Shown: positions 1 through 13,466 of the stretch, piece by piece
Layout: every line of letters starts with the position of its first letter
Numbering within the stretch: the first letter of the stretch is position 1
DNA from: Octopus vulgaris
Taxonomy: Eukaryota
Reading direction: 5' to 3'
Assembly (NCBI GenBank): GCA_951406725.2
Contig: OX597820.1
Span: forward strand, 120,590,001-120,654,000
Length of the DNA stretch: 64,000 nucleotides
Notes under the pieces: generated by a model
The model's database searches: none
The model's input: only the letters and a program-made list of their open reading frames with translations
Told to the model about the DNA's origin: nothing
Program-made: the position numbers and the translations under genes

Positions 1-446
1 TTAATTAAATTTATTTTAAGACACTATTGTATTTCGTATTAGAAATTCAAATCCAAAACCATTCGGAAACAAATAAAACCATTACTATTAATACACTTAA
101 ATATGCTTCAGTAGAGTATATAATTCACAAACAACTGCTTGTCGAGTGCCTCTTCAGAAACAGTATACAGATTTTCTAACGGGGAAAATACAAATGGATA
201 AGATAGACACGGAATATTTTCGATGGTATCTTTTCTGTAAGTTTGCCATTCTGATTTGAATTCTAAACAAGGCTAGCGTTGTCAGTTTTAGCTTTCCAAA
301 TCAGATCAAAATCCACCGAAAAAAAGCTCAGAGGTGATACCTTTAAACAATTTAATGAAGTTTTGCTCATTAAGTAAAATGTTTTAAAATGATATTGTTT
401 TTACACAACGAACTAGTTATGATATAACCGATTTGGAGTAAGGTTT

Positions 447-857
447 GGATCTTTTCCGTTTGAACGGCAGTTTTTATAAATAATTTCAAGGGAACTAAAC
501 TTCGTATATTGGTAGATGTGTTTATAAAACATCTTTTTCTCTTGACTTTATTGAGAAAATTCTATATTTTGTAAGATATTTGTTGATTTTTTTCTTCAAT
601 TTCTGCAATTTCAACCAATCAATGACCGTCTATTGAGGTGAAAACATTCTGTGCGGTATGAATATGTCCCTCATTTAAGAAACAGATTGGATTTATTTAC
701 ATTTGTGAAGAAAAAAAGATACCCTTCCCCCTAATCCTAACTAACCCTAACCCTAAAAGAGATTGAAATGCAATAGATCGATTCTAGGGTCATAATTATG
801 GGTGACACTTTCATATGACACCGCTAGAAAAAACTGCCGTTCAAACCGGAAAGATCC
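447..857 (+). mobile_element. MITE family A (Merlin-like non-autonomous DNA transposon), full copy
   Basis: ~28-bp TIRs GGATCTTTTCCGTTTGAACGGCAGTTTTT / AAAAACTGCCGTTCAAACCGGAAAGATCC; internal CCCTAA repeats; many paralogues in window; no clean TSD here. Confidence 0.85.
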
Positions 858-1312
858 GGTTTTGGAAATTCAACAAATATTACCACGGCAATTTACTAAT
901 AAGTTATTTTAATATGTAACTGAAACAGGAAATATCATGAATACTTATTCACTATAATTGTATTTTATAAATTACATTTTATAAATTACATATCAATGAT
1001 AAAAATTATTTTATTTTATACAACGTACCGCCTGCCGTTATCGAAAATAATAGATTGTCTGCTTATAATAATGGTATTACAATTATACTATTCAACACAA
1101 TGAAAGAACAGAGATTTTTAGTTTTTCTATCAATCGAATACAAATGAATTTAGGTTCACATCAACGACTATGTTTCAGAATATTTATTTACTTGTGTGCT
1201 TAATATCCTATAGAGTCAAACATAAAATATTGTTTACAGGTTCCCAACAAGCTCAACTCTTGTGGTGTATATTTATGCTGGGAAGGGTGTCATACTATTG
1301 CAATGAACAGTC

Positions 1313-1455
1313 GTGCAACTTTGCCTTTCGTACATTTGGGGTCGATAACTTACGTACCAGTTATGCACTGGGGTCGATGTAATCGACTTAATCCATTTGT
1401 CTGTCCTTGTTTGTCCCCTCTATGCTTAGCCCCTTGTGGGCAATAAAGAAATAAG
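1313..1455 (+). mobile_element. SINE family B, 5'-truncated copy
   Basis: Matches the 3' half of the copy at 38201-38432 (CTTTGCCTTTC...GGGGTCGAT...GCCCCTTGTGGG...AAAGAAATA). Confidence 0.75.
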
Positions 1456-1655
1456 AAACATTAGCATGCCGGGCAAAATGCTTAGCGGTATTTCGTCTGC
1501 CTTTATGGTCTGAGTTCAAATTCTGCCGTAGTCGACTTTACCTTTCATCCTTTCGTGGTCGATAAATTAAGTACCAGTTGCGTGCTGGGATCCATCTAAT
1601 CGACTGCCCACTTCCCCCCAAATTTCGGGCCTTGTGCCTAGTCTAGAAAAGAATA
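1456..1655 (+). mobile_element. SINE family B, alternative-tail variant
   Basis: Same head and core as family B (B-box GAGTTCAAATT) but tail CCCCCAAATTTCGGGCCTTGTGCCTAG, shared with 8380-8580. Confidence 0.75.
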
Positions 1656-4600
1656 TATTTGTCTCACTTAAAGTTACCAAGCTTGAAATGCCCTGTGATT
1701 TTTTGGGTTAGGTGGGAATGGAAAAGTACTGGCAGTGAGAGAAAATGTAGTTGGAGGGATGATACAATGCGGTGGTTTTGCAGAAGATTATAAGCTCAGA
1801 TGTAAACAGAGGCAGTATAAAAGAATAGATTCTAAATGAACAAAAACATCGAAATTACGCAAAATAAATTCTAAACTGAAAAATTGATAGCGATATTATA
1901 ATACGAGAAAAACTACATGAAGAAAACAACATCAATAATGATGAGGACGATAGATAGGATATTCATGTTAATGATGGTAATAATGATTCTGTTGATGTGA
2001 AAGTTTAAAATAAGACACAAGGAAAGGAAGTTTCTAATGGCTGTATGTTTACGCTTCTATTCCAACCACATTTATAAGAACCTTTATACACACAAATGTC
2101 CTTACTGAATAAAAATAGACGAATGAATTATATAAAACATGAAATAAAGTAACTAGTACTGTCTAATAGAGGTAAATGAACAGAAATATTCATCTCTTCT
2201 AAATAACGTTTCTCGTTTATGACAATAAAGTATCTAATTGCAAAAGAACAATAAAACCAGCAACAAAGATGTTTACAATTGCAGCAACAACAACATGAAA
2301 AGAAAAGAAAGACACAGCAATAGCGAAGATGTATTTCTTTTAAGCAATCCGAAAGCCAATTATGTTGTGTTGTATTATGTAACGATTGGAATGGGTTCCA
2401 CTCAACTTGGAACCAACCTTTCTCTTCTTTTTTATTGATATAAACATGGCGTCAATTTCAACATATTCTGTATCGTCTTACATAACATCATTATGGTTGT
2501 CATCATCTTCTGTCGGCGTCGTCGTCGTCGTCATCAAAATCAAAAATTGTTCCGTCGTCTTTGCCAAAATCCTCCTTATTGCTAAATATAGCCATTATGA
2601 CATCATGATCTCTCATGTCAAAATACTTTATGATTACGGATATATTTGAAATTATGCCGTGACACACAGACATGCATGAAGATAGACATCCACATCCATC
2701 CATACATGATATGATGTCATAAATCGCCTTTTATGAACTGTAGCAGTAACTACGACATATATTACAAAACAACTCAGTCAATGGCATCACTGTAATGACC
2801 AACATTATCAAAATATCAGATCCCGCTGCACTACAAATAATCGTTCTTAACATAACTACACTATTCACCAAAAACGATATCAATAACTGCGTCGCTTCTT
2901 CTACAGATGTGAACACGGAAAACACCACCATCATCATCGTCGTCATTAATTAACGTCTGCTAAATCAGTCAATAAACTCAATGTTTATCTGTAATGAAGG
3001 ATTTCAATTGAAGCAAATCACACAATGATGCAGACATGTATGCATGTATGCGCTTCGTTGCGCAGAAAACTCAAACACATATAACTACATAGACAAATAC
3101 ACAGAGACGCAATGCAGAAAACGTACACACACGTAAACAGAGATGGACACTGGCAGAGCAACGAGGACGCATAGTCTTAACACATATTTGAATAACAGTT
3201 AAAGTTAGGTTTTTGTGTTCATTTTCTTTAGGAAATACAAAGTGACATACATAACAACAGGTTTCAACATCTTGTCCAACTTAATTACAGGGTTGAATTA
3301 CGAACTAATAGAGACGTGATGTATAGAAAAATATTAAAAGGTATCTTGTAGTTCTTTTCTTTCTGTTTTATTTTATTTTTTTCTTTAATAAATTATATTT
3401 CTCTAGTTGTTGCCTGAAATTAAACCTTAATTATTCGACTTCTTAATTCAACAAATAAAAATGACAAAACTGAAAACGAGAAAAAGAAACAATGTAATGA
3501 ACGCCTCCATACATGTTTTTGCTGTTCTATCAGCTGATCATTCCAATGATGATGATGATGATGATAATGATGATGATGATGATGATGATGAGGATGAAGG
3601 TGACGGTGTCGGTGGTGGTTTTGGAACTGATGCTGGATGATGATAATATAGATGTTTCTGTTGTTTATCTGAAGCAGATTTGGTGATGGAATTAATGATG
3701 ATTGCTCAAAAGACCTGGGGTCCATTTTGATTAACAGAATTTTTAAAAACGTGTTTTACGATTTCGATTTAATTGATAGTATAAAAGATATTAATTATTT
3801 CAATATTATCTTTATTACAGTTGTATGCAGTGCGGTTGGTGTACTTTTAAGAAATGTTGTTCAGGAATGTTATAAATATATAGAGAGGTGATGGCTAAGG
3901 ATTTTTTTCTTCTTGTTGCCATTGTTGTTGTTGTTGTTGTCGCGATTTTTTTCTGCTGAGTTTTAATTAGCTTCTTTGTTTTTCACATTGATGCTCTTAA
4001 ATATTTAATAAATATCTAAAACTATGAAATAAAGAATAAGAAACAGTAGAAATAAATTGCTATTTTTGTATTTATTTTGTAGTGGTTTGATTTTCTTCGA
4101 AAGCCAGCTACATGCTAATCAGTTCCTGTTTTACCACTTTGGTTGAACTTCTGCTGACAAGACATTAGTGATCTCTACCATCTTATATATCAATCTCATT
4201 CTCGCCAAACTATTCGGGAGATTTGTTACTATCCAATTTTCATTAGTCAAGTAAATGATTGTGTTTGCCGAAGTATAATTCACCTTTATTTATCATGTGT
4301 TAGACCAGTTACAGAAGAATAAATTATTTGAATTGTATTTTACAATCAGTTTCTCAAATCTTTTGCCCTGTCAGGCAATTAGAAACATTGCATTTTAGAT
4401 GATGTTATTTGCTCTCCATTAATTAACAAAAAATGGTATTATGACTGATTTTCTCTCCAGTTCAGCCTTCTTTCCGATATGATCTTTTGTTTATTTATTT
4501 TGAAACTCTTTCCAGGAATGATTGCAAGATGAAAAGCATTTCTCAAGCGACTGTCCTAATTTATACTCAACTCTGTCTATATGTATCCACGGTTACTTCA

Positions 4601-4689
4601 CTTTCTAATGAGCCTGTGTTCAAGTAGTTATGGCTACCTTCACTAGCTCCTCGAATAGACCCGTAGATGTCTCCCACCCTGCTTTCAAT

Positions 4690-4990
4690 AAAATGTCAGG
4701 CGTATTCTCATCTATCTTTCTGTCAGTGTGAACAGTGAAGTTCCAGACGAGTGAGATGTGATCATTTTCAAGCACTAGATATGGTTTGTGTTCCCATCAG
4801 TTTTTATCATGGGGTAGGTCCAGATTTTTGCACATTATCCAGTGAATATATCGTGCAGCTCTATCATACCTGTTGAGATACTCTGTAGGGGCAAGAAGAG
4901 TGCACGTGGAGACAACATGATCAATGGTTTCATTTTGTTTTTGACATACATATGTTGGGCCACTGTCGTTCTCACATATGTAGGCCTTGG
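4690..4990 (-). pseudogene. R4/Dong-like non-LTR retrotransposon fragment: zinc knuckle and restriction-like endonuclease region
   Basis: My minus-strand translation gives CQKQNETIDHVVSTCTLLAPTEYLNRYDRAARYIHW...*WEHKP..VLENDHISLVWNFTVHTDRKIDENTPDILLK, matching the CCHC-RHD-PD pattern of REL-endonuclease LINEs; contains a stop. Confidence 0.8.
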
Positions 4991-5029
4991 ACTGTTGGGA
5001 AAATTGTATCCAAATATCGGGCTAGAACA

Positions 5030-6130
5030 AGTTGCCTTTGAGACCAAGAGCCCTCCTCAGTATCCTAGCTGTCCCTAATAACACCATTTTGTGTAGCTGT
5101 ACTAAACTGGGCTTTATGCTTATTTCCTCTATCCATCTATTCAGGTCTTTAAGGATAGTTCCAAATTGCAGTCTCTAAGTACAGCTTTGTCTATCAGTTG
5201 ATCCTTGGTACCTCTTCACTTACACGCGCAACCCTTCTGCTCATGTGGCAGGACTCCATTTTTTTATCAACTTTTCATCTGTACACTCTCCATTTATTTC
5301 TTTACATAGTCTCTTCTTATCTACTCTGAATAAGCTATTCTGGCGGTAACCCTTCATTATTTGGTCGTACCTTACCATCCTTTCTTTCTTTGCCACGAGG
5401 TGCTGTTTCAGTTCTACCACTACTACTTTCAAGCCCTTTCTTTCAATATTATTCTTCCTTTTCAGTATCTGAATTTTTGTTCACTTTTAAGCTCTACTTT
5501 CTCTTATCGGTCTAACACGTAGATTTTCTTCGAGAGCATGTCTAACCCTGCCTGGATTCTTCTTTTCCACCATGGATCATTTCTTTTGTCACTCCCATTT
5601 ATATTTCTTTTTCTTGACATCAACACCTACATTTTCTGTTACAACAATACTTGCTGCCTTGATCAAATTATTTGTTTCTGTGATGTTTTTTGTTCTATGT
5701 ATTTCAGAATTGCATTGACATTTTTCGTTTCTTGGTTCGATTTCCATCGGAATAATGTTGCTATCGTTCTCCTGTAGTCTTACCTTTATTCTGTCGTAGA
5801 TTGCCTTCTGTTTATCTGTCATGTCGCTATTAGTTTTATCGTCTTCTTTTAGATCATCGATATTCCTCTCATCAAGTAATCTACTACTGCCCCTTTCCTG
5901 TACTATTGGACTACTCTTATTAGTAAGAACTGTATTTTCATTGTTATCTCTGCTGCGATTGTTCAAGACCCGTCTTTTCAAAGTTTCGAGTTCTACTTCT
6001 GTGAACCAATATTTTTTCTTATTGCTCTCGCTTGATAACATAGTCTCTGTTCCGTGAGTTGAAGCAATCCATTTTCTTTCCAATGGTTATACATACGTTG
6101 ATGGTAACCCCTAATTTGAGCACCATTTTC
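5030..6130 (-). pseudogene. R4/Dong-like non-LTR retrotransposon, internally deleted and decayed ORF
   Basis: N-terminal WFTEVELETLKRRV and RYDQ..GYRQNSLFRVDKKRL; RT motif EQKGC..*RGTKDQLIDKAVLRDC joined directly to C-terminal LHKMVLLGTARILRRAL; frameshifts and stops. Confidence 0.78.
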
Positions 6131-6689
6131 ATCTACCGGGATGCTCAGGTAATAACACTCCATGACCACAACATTAGTCTGCTTGTTCCATCTACGCCGT
6201 GTGTGGTGGTCCTTTCTGGAGCCTGACCAGGATCTCTGAGCCTACCGAGTGTAATACTGCCATCATCGGCTTCAGTTGCATTACCACCGTTAGTCACAAT
6301 ATTTTGTTTTTTTCATTGTCACTCATATGAGGTAGCAATCATCAGGTTGCGCAATTACCAGTGTTTTTATTGTGACACCCTTACTACATGTATCATTAAT
6401 CAGCTCATAAGGAGGAGGAGGCTCCACCCGTTTCCTTTCGTTATTATTATTATTATTATTATCATAATCACTGATATTATTGTTTTTATGTGTAGTAGCA
6501 GCAGTGGTTGCAGCACCAGCAACAGTAGCGTGGGTGGGGGTAGTGTTAAGGATGGTAGTTTTGTCTCAGATACTTGTGCTACCATAATAGTTGCTACCAT
6601 AATAGTTGTAGTATTATCACCACCACTAGCACCACCACCATTGTTTTAGGGAAAAGATGGGTAGCAGTTTGGTGACTAAATCCCATGCT

Positions 6690-6895
6690 ACAGGTCTATA
6701 AATAGATTCGACAGATGGTGGGGAGGTCAGCCATAAAGACAAAGGATTCTTCGCACTCTTTAGGTCAGCAGAGGTCCAATGTGTTTACTACTACCAGTGG
6801 ATATTGGGAGCGCTGCCTTGAAAGGAAGCAGTTCAACCGTTTCTATTTGTAATTACTAGTAGAAAAAAAATATATATATACATACATATACAGAA

Positions 6896-6926
<31 letters not shown>

Positions 6927-8218
6927 CTGATATTCATGTCATTGAAATTTTGAATTTCTGAATTCAATTGTGCTGTTGCAATAAAAGTTGTTTTTAAGTA
7001 TTTGGGTGATGTCCAGTTGGAGAATACAGTATGACTTTTGTAATTAAAAGAATGTTTACATTTTCGAATGCTCAGGGAGAGTCAAAAGGAAAAGAAAACA
7101 AGTTGTAGATAATAAAGTTTTAAGTTACTAAATATGGTCTTTTGTATGACCGCACAGAGAGAAATGGTCGTGTTCTTAGAATAAAAAGGAGGATGATGTT
7201 TACATTTTCGAATACTCAGGGAGAAAGGAAAGTCGTCACGCATTAGTTGTAGATATGAAATTATTAAAAAAATTTTGTTTAAAGCTGATCGTTTGTGTGT
7301 TCGAAAGCTGTAGGTATGTAAGTTTCCTAATTTATTTTATTTTGAGGGAGATTTAAAATATTCACAGGAAATTGTAGATATTCCAGTCTTTGGGAATAGT
7401 AGGAGGAAGAGATGTTCACCTTGATGAATTTTTGAATTTCTGAAGTTATTTTTCTTATTTTTTAAAGTTTTGCTGTGGTTTATAGTTTTTGTAGTTGGGC
7501 AGTATGTATATATATTTTTATCGTGCATTGAATTGTGTTACAATAAAAGACATGTTGACATATTCTGTAAGTCAGGGAAGAATGGAAGACAAAATGTTCA
7601 CACTAAATAAGAGATATTCAAGTTTTTATATTTTTTTTAGGTGTTCGTGTGTATGTCCAAAGCCGTAGATATATAAGTTCCTTAAATTATTTTGAGGCAA
7701 ATTCAAAATACTCACAGAAAACTGTAGATATTCCAGTGTTTTACAGTTGCTTTTTCAGTTGTCCAGCTGGGTTGTATTAGTGTTTCTGTGGCTTCAGCTG
7801 TTGACAGGCCAGAGCAGCGAAGAACAGGTCCAGCCTCTGTCACGTCCAGCCGCTATTATTATCATTATTATTATTATTAATATCACTATTATTACCATAT
7901 TTATTATAATTTCCATTCATTATTGAAAGGTATTATTAAATATTGTTTAGTTTCCAATTTTGTCTTGGATGTGAATGTTTAAGGGAGTAAGTAGGAACAA
8001 GAGACACAGCTTGGGGAAGAGATTATATTCCACAGGTCTGTAAATAGATTCGGCTGATGGTGAAGAGATCAACTATGGGAATTCCTGTGCGATAAAGAGA
8101 CAAAAAGGGTTTCACACCATTGGGGTCAGCAGAGGGCAAATGTGTTTACGACTACTAGCGATCAATGAGAGCGCTGAACTTCGCCTTGAAAGGAACCTAT
8201 TCATCTTGTTCTATTTTT
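6690..8218 (+). repeat. Diverged direct repeat pair (6690-6848 / 8034-8218) enclosing degenerate tandem subrepeats
   Basis: Shared blocks AGGTCT.TAAATAGATTCG...GGTCAGCAGAGG..AATGTGTTTAC...GAGCGCTG...GCCTTGAAAGGAA; internal recurring TTTACATTTTCGAAT.CTCAGGGAG and TGTAGATATTCCAGT. Confidence 0.55.
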
Positions 8219-8379
8219 AATTACTGATAGAAAAAGATATACATACATATATGTACATACCTACATATATATGTATATATACATGCATATATGGGTACAG
8301 GACATAAAAAAAACGCTGAACACAATGAGAAACGAAAACATAAAAAGAAAAACATAGAAATGAACTTTTTTTCAAACAA

Positions 8380-8580
8380 CTGGCAAAATCGTTAGCACGC
8401 CGGGCGAAATACTTAGCAGTATTTCGTCTGTCTTTACGTTCAGAGTTCAAATTCCGCCGAGGTCAACTTTGCCTTTCATCATTTCGTGGAGGGGGCGATA
8501 AATTAAGAACCAGTTTCGTACTGGGGTCGATGTAATTGACAGCCCCCTCCCCCAAAATTTCGGGCCTTGTGCCTAGAATA
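8380..8580 (+). mobile_element. SINE family B, alternative-tail variant
   Basis: CTGGCAAAATCGTTAGCACGCCGGGCGAAAT...GAGTTCAAATTCCGCCGAGG head; tail as at 1456-1655. Confidence 0.8.
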
Positions 8581-8638
8581 CAAAACAAAATAGTATGTCA
8601 TTATATTGTATTGAATTATATTGTTATATATACATTTA

Positions 8639-9052
8639 GGATCTTTTCGGTTTGAACGGCAGTTTTTAACATAATTTCTAGGTAACTAAAAAAATTTAAA
8701 CTTCGTATACTGGTAGAATGTGTTTATAAAACATCTTTTTCTCTTGGCTTTATTGAGAAAATTCTATAGTTTGTAAGATATTTGTTGTTTTTTTTTCTTC
8801 AATTTCTGCAATTTCAACCAATCAAATACGTCTATTGAGGTAAAAAAAAAACATTACGTGCCATATGAATATGTCCCTCGTTTAAGAAACAGATTGGGTT
8901 TATTTACATTTGTGAAGAAAAAAAGATACCCTTCACCCTACCCCTAACCCTAAAACATTGAAATGCAGTAGATCGATACTAGGTTCATAATTATGTGTGA
9001 AAATTTCATATGACACTGCTACAAAAAACTGCCGTTCAAACCGAAAGGATCC
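8639..9052 (+). mobile_element. MITE family A, full copy
   Basis: TIRs GGATCTTTTCGG.../...CCGAAAGGATCC with perfect 8-bp TSD TACATTTA. Confidence 0.92.
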
Positions 9053-9299
9053 TACATTTATAATGCCATCATATTATATTATTATATTATATAATCTAAT
9101 TGAGCCTCGCTATATACGAATATGTCATTCTCTTTTTACAATTCATAAGAGCATCTTAATCATCCATTCGTCTATTTTCCCCCTCCCTTTTCCAAACGCC
9201 ATAACATCTTTCTCTTAGAGAGGTTAGTTTATTACTTCAGTGATTGTATCTGAAGGGAATTTCCACATGAATCTCCCCAGAAGAGAAGAGATCTTTTGA

Positions 9300-9890
9300 A
9301 AGACATCTGAAATTGAAAGCACCAAAAATGCTTCTGGAATTCATAAAAAAAGCTTGAATTGTAATAGAATAATTCACTGGGATTTTGATGCAATGCTCTC
9401 ATTGACAGGAACAGAAAAGTGCCATAAGAGTTTTGTGGTGTAAAAAGTGAACATTATTGGAAAGGGATTGAGATTGTTGAGAATTTCCTATAAAATCCGA
9501 CAAGTCCACTAAGGTCATCAATGACTGGCAAATGTGCCTCGTAAAATCGTGGCGCGGTAGATTGTAAACAGTATAAGAAAGTAATGAAACATGAAATATA
9601 CGAAGGACATAAACTTGTCGGTTTTCCTTGGGGATTTGAGAATTCTGATGAAGAATTTGAGTGTAAAACTCGGAATGTAACATAATAGAAAGAAGTGCAG
9701 AATTCAGCTTTACGGTGATAAAAAAAAATCTAGAATGTTCTACATAGAAAGTAAGGATAAGTATAAAAGGACTGGAGGCATGGTAAAAGGACGAAAAACA
9801 GAATGCGATGTATTCTTGATATCGGCGTTTTCATGGTACGGAGAAGAAGAAGTTAGAAGAAGACAGAAGAAGAAAAAGAAGGAAAACAAC
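9300..9890 (+). pseudogene. Possible highly decayed LINE RT C-terminal fragment
   Basis: GIEIVENFL* resembles the IEVVxxFxYLG RT motif; GAA-rich tail; many stops. Confidence 0.3.
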
Positions 9891-10688
9891 ATTTAATAAA
9901 AGCAATCATATCAGCAGTTACATCTGGGCACAGAATCCACGGGCTCCAATGTTTGGAAGGGATTTACAATCTCGAGAACAGAATGGCTTCTCTTCGAGTG
10001 ACGCTGCGATTTCATTAACACACACACAAAACAATTCATACTTTTCTTTTTCAAATCCCATTTTCAAACAACCGGTTTTTCTCATAGTATATTTTTAAAT
10101 GTATATATTTTTTTCTCCCAACGTATTTTTATATTTTCATTTTATCCGAATACCTATTAAATCGCCACCAAATAGATTTAATAATCGCCCAAACGAAATT
10201 TCAAACCATATTAATGAAAAACATATCGCTAAAGAAAACTTCAAATGAGGAGTATTTACTTCGAATTTTATAAACAACTACCGCGTGCATGAACTACAAT
10301 TGTAATGGTCAGAGTTCCTTCTTTGAAGATATATTACAGTCTTGGTTCATCGAGTGACTATGCTCCCGTTTTGGCATACATATCAAAAGTGAAAATGTGC
10401 CGTAAAATACTGTGTCATTGCATCAGCCTTGGAAACGTTGCGTAGCATTCCTAGGCTTGACAAATGTTCTTTTGTGAAAAATGACCATCATCAAAGGCGT
10501 TTTAACCATGAATATCGCTAATTACACTCAAATATAATCTGTCAGTGACTCCATCAGACAGCTCTTTTATTATTTTTTTTATATGTATGTATAATGGCAA
10601 CATTAAAAGGAGTTTGAGCCATATGAAACGGTCTCATTCGTTGACTCGTCAAAAGCTTTCTTGTCGCATAATGTTACTCTCTATAAGT

Positions 10689-10951
10689 CCTGTGTCATCT
10701 CTTGTGAAAGGTAAGAGAGTCCAGTTTGCTGGACATTGTTGTAGAGCTGAAAAAGAGGTAATTTCTACTCTTCTCCTCTGGAAGCCATCTACTCGCAATA
10801 CCAGAGGGCGCACACTCTCCTACCCTGATGTAATCTCCAGGGATACAGGCATCCAGCAACAGGACCTCCGTAATGCCATGATGGACCGTGAAGTCTGGCG
10901 TAGCATGGTAAATTCCATTGTCTGGACCACGGTCGAACAATGATAATGATG
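10689..10951 (+). mobile_element. 5'-truncated RTE-clade LINE 3' end
   Basis: Encodes RVQFAGHCCRAEKEVISTLLLWKP...RGRTLSYPDVISRDTG...AMMDREVWR (RTE C-terminal pattern); TGA-type tail; flanked by ATAAGT duplication. Confidence 0.8.
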
Positions 10952-11869
10952 ATAAGTGAATATGTCTTCAAATGAAATTTAGAAATAATCTAGGAATAGA
11001 TATATTGATTGTTCGGACTGTATAATGATTTAATGGAGGTTAAAACTAGCAATACAACACTTTCCAATGGATAAGTCTGAGATCAAAATAGAACAGAAAA
11101 ATCTCTAAACAACAGATAATTCAAATATGAGGGAAAAGAACAACCCATAACCTAGGGAAGAGGATCAGGTGAAGGTAATCAACTGTTTGAAGGGATACCA
11201 ACTAAAAGACACAGGGACCGTAACTAATAACATCAACACCACCAACAGACGTTCAAGAATTTGGACCTGCAGATCTCCATTTCCAGCGACTTCGAGGGAC
11301 ACCTCTCAGTGGTGTCGGGCGTCAACGAAGAGCCCTCGACTACAACAAGACGACCAAAGTTTTTTTTTTTTCAAGGTCTGGGGTCTCTTCCGCCGTTAAG
11401 CCTTAGATCATCAACTAATCACCCTCACCCGTCTTGTTGCGTAACAACAACAATAACAACAACACCAGCAACAAAATATGTATGACAAATAACAATCTAA
11501 AAACATCTTCATCAAGAGCGGAAGTTGTCCATGAGAATGACAACAAACCCGTAATGAAGAAGAACTGCAATTAAGAATGTACAAATTACAACAATGCTAC
11601 GATGGAATGGTTGCACTTGCTGCTGTTCTAAGGAGCTTATTTCATCAAAACTGCATAAAACTGCATAAAACTGCACTCATTTCACATTACATGCAAGAAA
11701 AAAACATAATGAAAGATAAACGGAAAATTATAAAAAACAAAAGAAATATGAAAATAAAAACATAAGCAGCAAGAATAACTATTACACACATGACGATGAT
11801 GATGATGGTGGTGGTGATGGAAGGGTTGGCGCGGTGTTGGGGTGGATCAGCTGGTAGTTATGATGGTAT

Positions 11870-11904
<35 letters not shown>

Positions 11905-12054
11905 GTGATTATCTACGTTGTCTTCATCATCATCATCATCGTCGTCATTGTTAATCACGGTAATACTAAAAATATAGGAATAAATCAGTGTGAATTAATT
12001 AACAGAAATTTTAATGGGTATTCATAAACCAGGAAGAATGATAAGGATAATCAT

Positions 12055-12062
12055 AGTCATTA

Positions 12063-12145
<83 letters not shown>

Positions 12146-12182
12146 TTTAATATTATTATTATTATTATTATTTATTATTATT

Positions 12183-12213
<31 letters not shown>

Positions 12214-12256
12214 CTATTATTATTATTATTATTATTATTATTATCATTATTATTAC

Positions 12257-12289
<33 letters not shown>

Positions 12290-12303
12290 CAATATTATTA
12301 TTA

Positions 12304-12357
<54 letters not shown>

Positions 12358-12394
12358 TTATTATCATTATTATTACTATTATTATTATTATTAA

Positions 12395-12430
<36 letters not shown>

Positions 12431-12511
12431 TATTATTATTATTATTATTATTATCATTATTATTACTATTATTATTATTATTATCATTATTATTACTATT
12501 ATTATTATTAC

Positions 12512-12568
<57 letters not shown>

Positions 12569-12664
12569 CATTATTATTACTATTATTATTATTATTATTA
12601 CTTATTATTATTATTATTATTATTACCATTATTATTACTATTATTATCATTACTATTACTATTA

Positions 12665-12701
<37 letters not shown>

Positions 12702-12881
12702 TATTATTATTATTATTATCATTATTATTACTATTATTATTATTATTATTATGATTATTAATATTATTATTATTATTATTATTAATATTATTATTATTAT
12801 TATTATTATTATTATCATTATTATTACTGTTATTATTATTACTATTATTATTATTATCATTATTATTACTATTATTATTAC

Positions 12882-12917
<36 letters not shown>

Positions 12918-13007
12918 TATTATTATTATTATTATCATTATTATTACTATTATTATTATTATTATTATCATTATTATTACTATCATTATTATTATTATTA
13001 TTATTAA

Positions 13008-13053
<46 letters not shown>

Positions 13054-13212
13054 ATTATTATTATTATTATTATTATTATCATTATTATTACTATTATTAT
13101 TATTACTATTATCATTATTATTATTACTATTATTATTATTATTATTATCATTATTATCATTATCATTATTATTATTATCATTATTATTATTATCATTATC
13201 ATTATCAGTATT

Positions 13213-13310
<98 letters not shown>

Positions 13311-13320
13311 CATCATTATT
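12055..13320. repeat. Long interrupted (ATT)n microsatellite
   Basis: ~1.26 kb of ATT with ATC/ACT/AAT variant units. Confidence 0.97.
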
Positions 13321-13364
13321 AGCATTGTGACAATATTATTATTAATCACTGTTATCATTAATAT

Positions 13365-13411
13365 GGATATGATGATAGTGATGACAATGATGATGATGAT
13401 AATGCTGCTAC

Positions 13412-13466
<55 letters not shown>

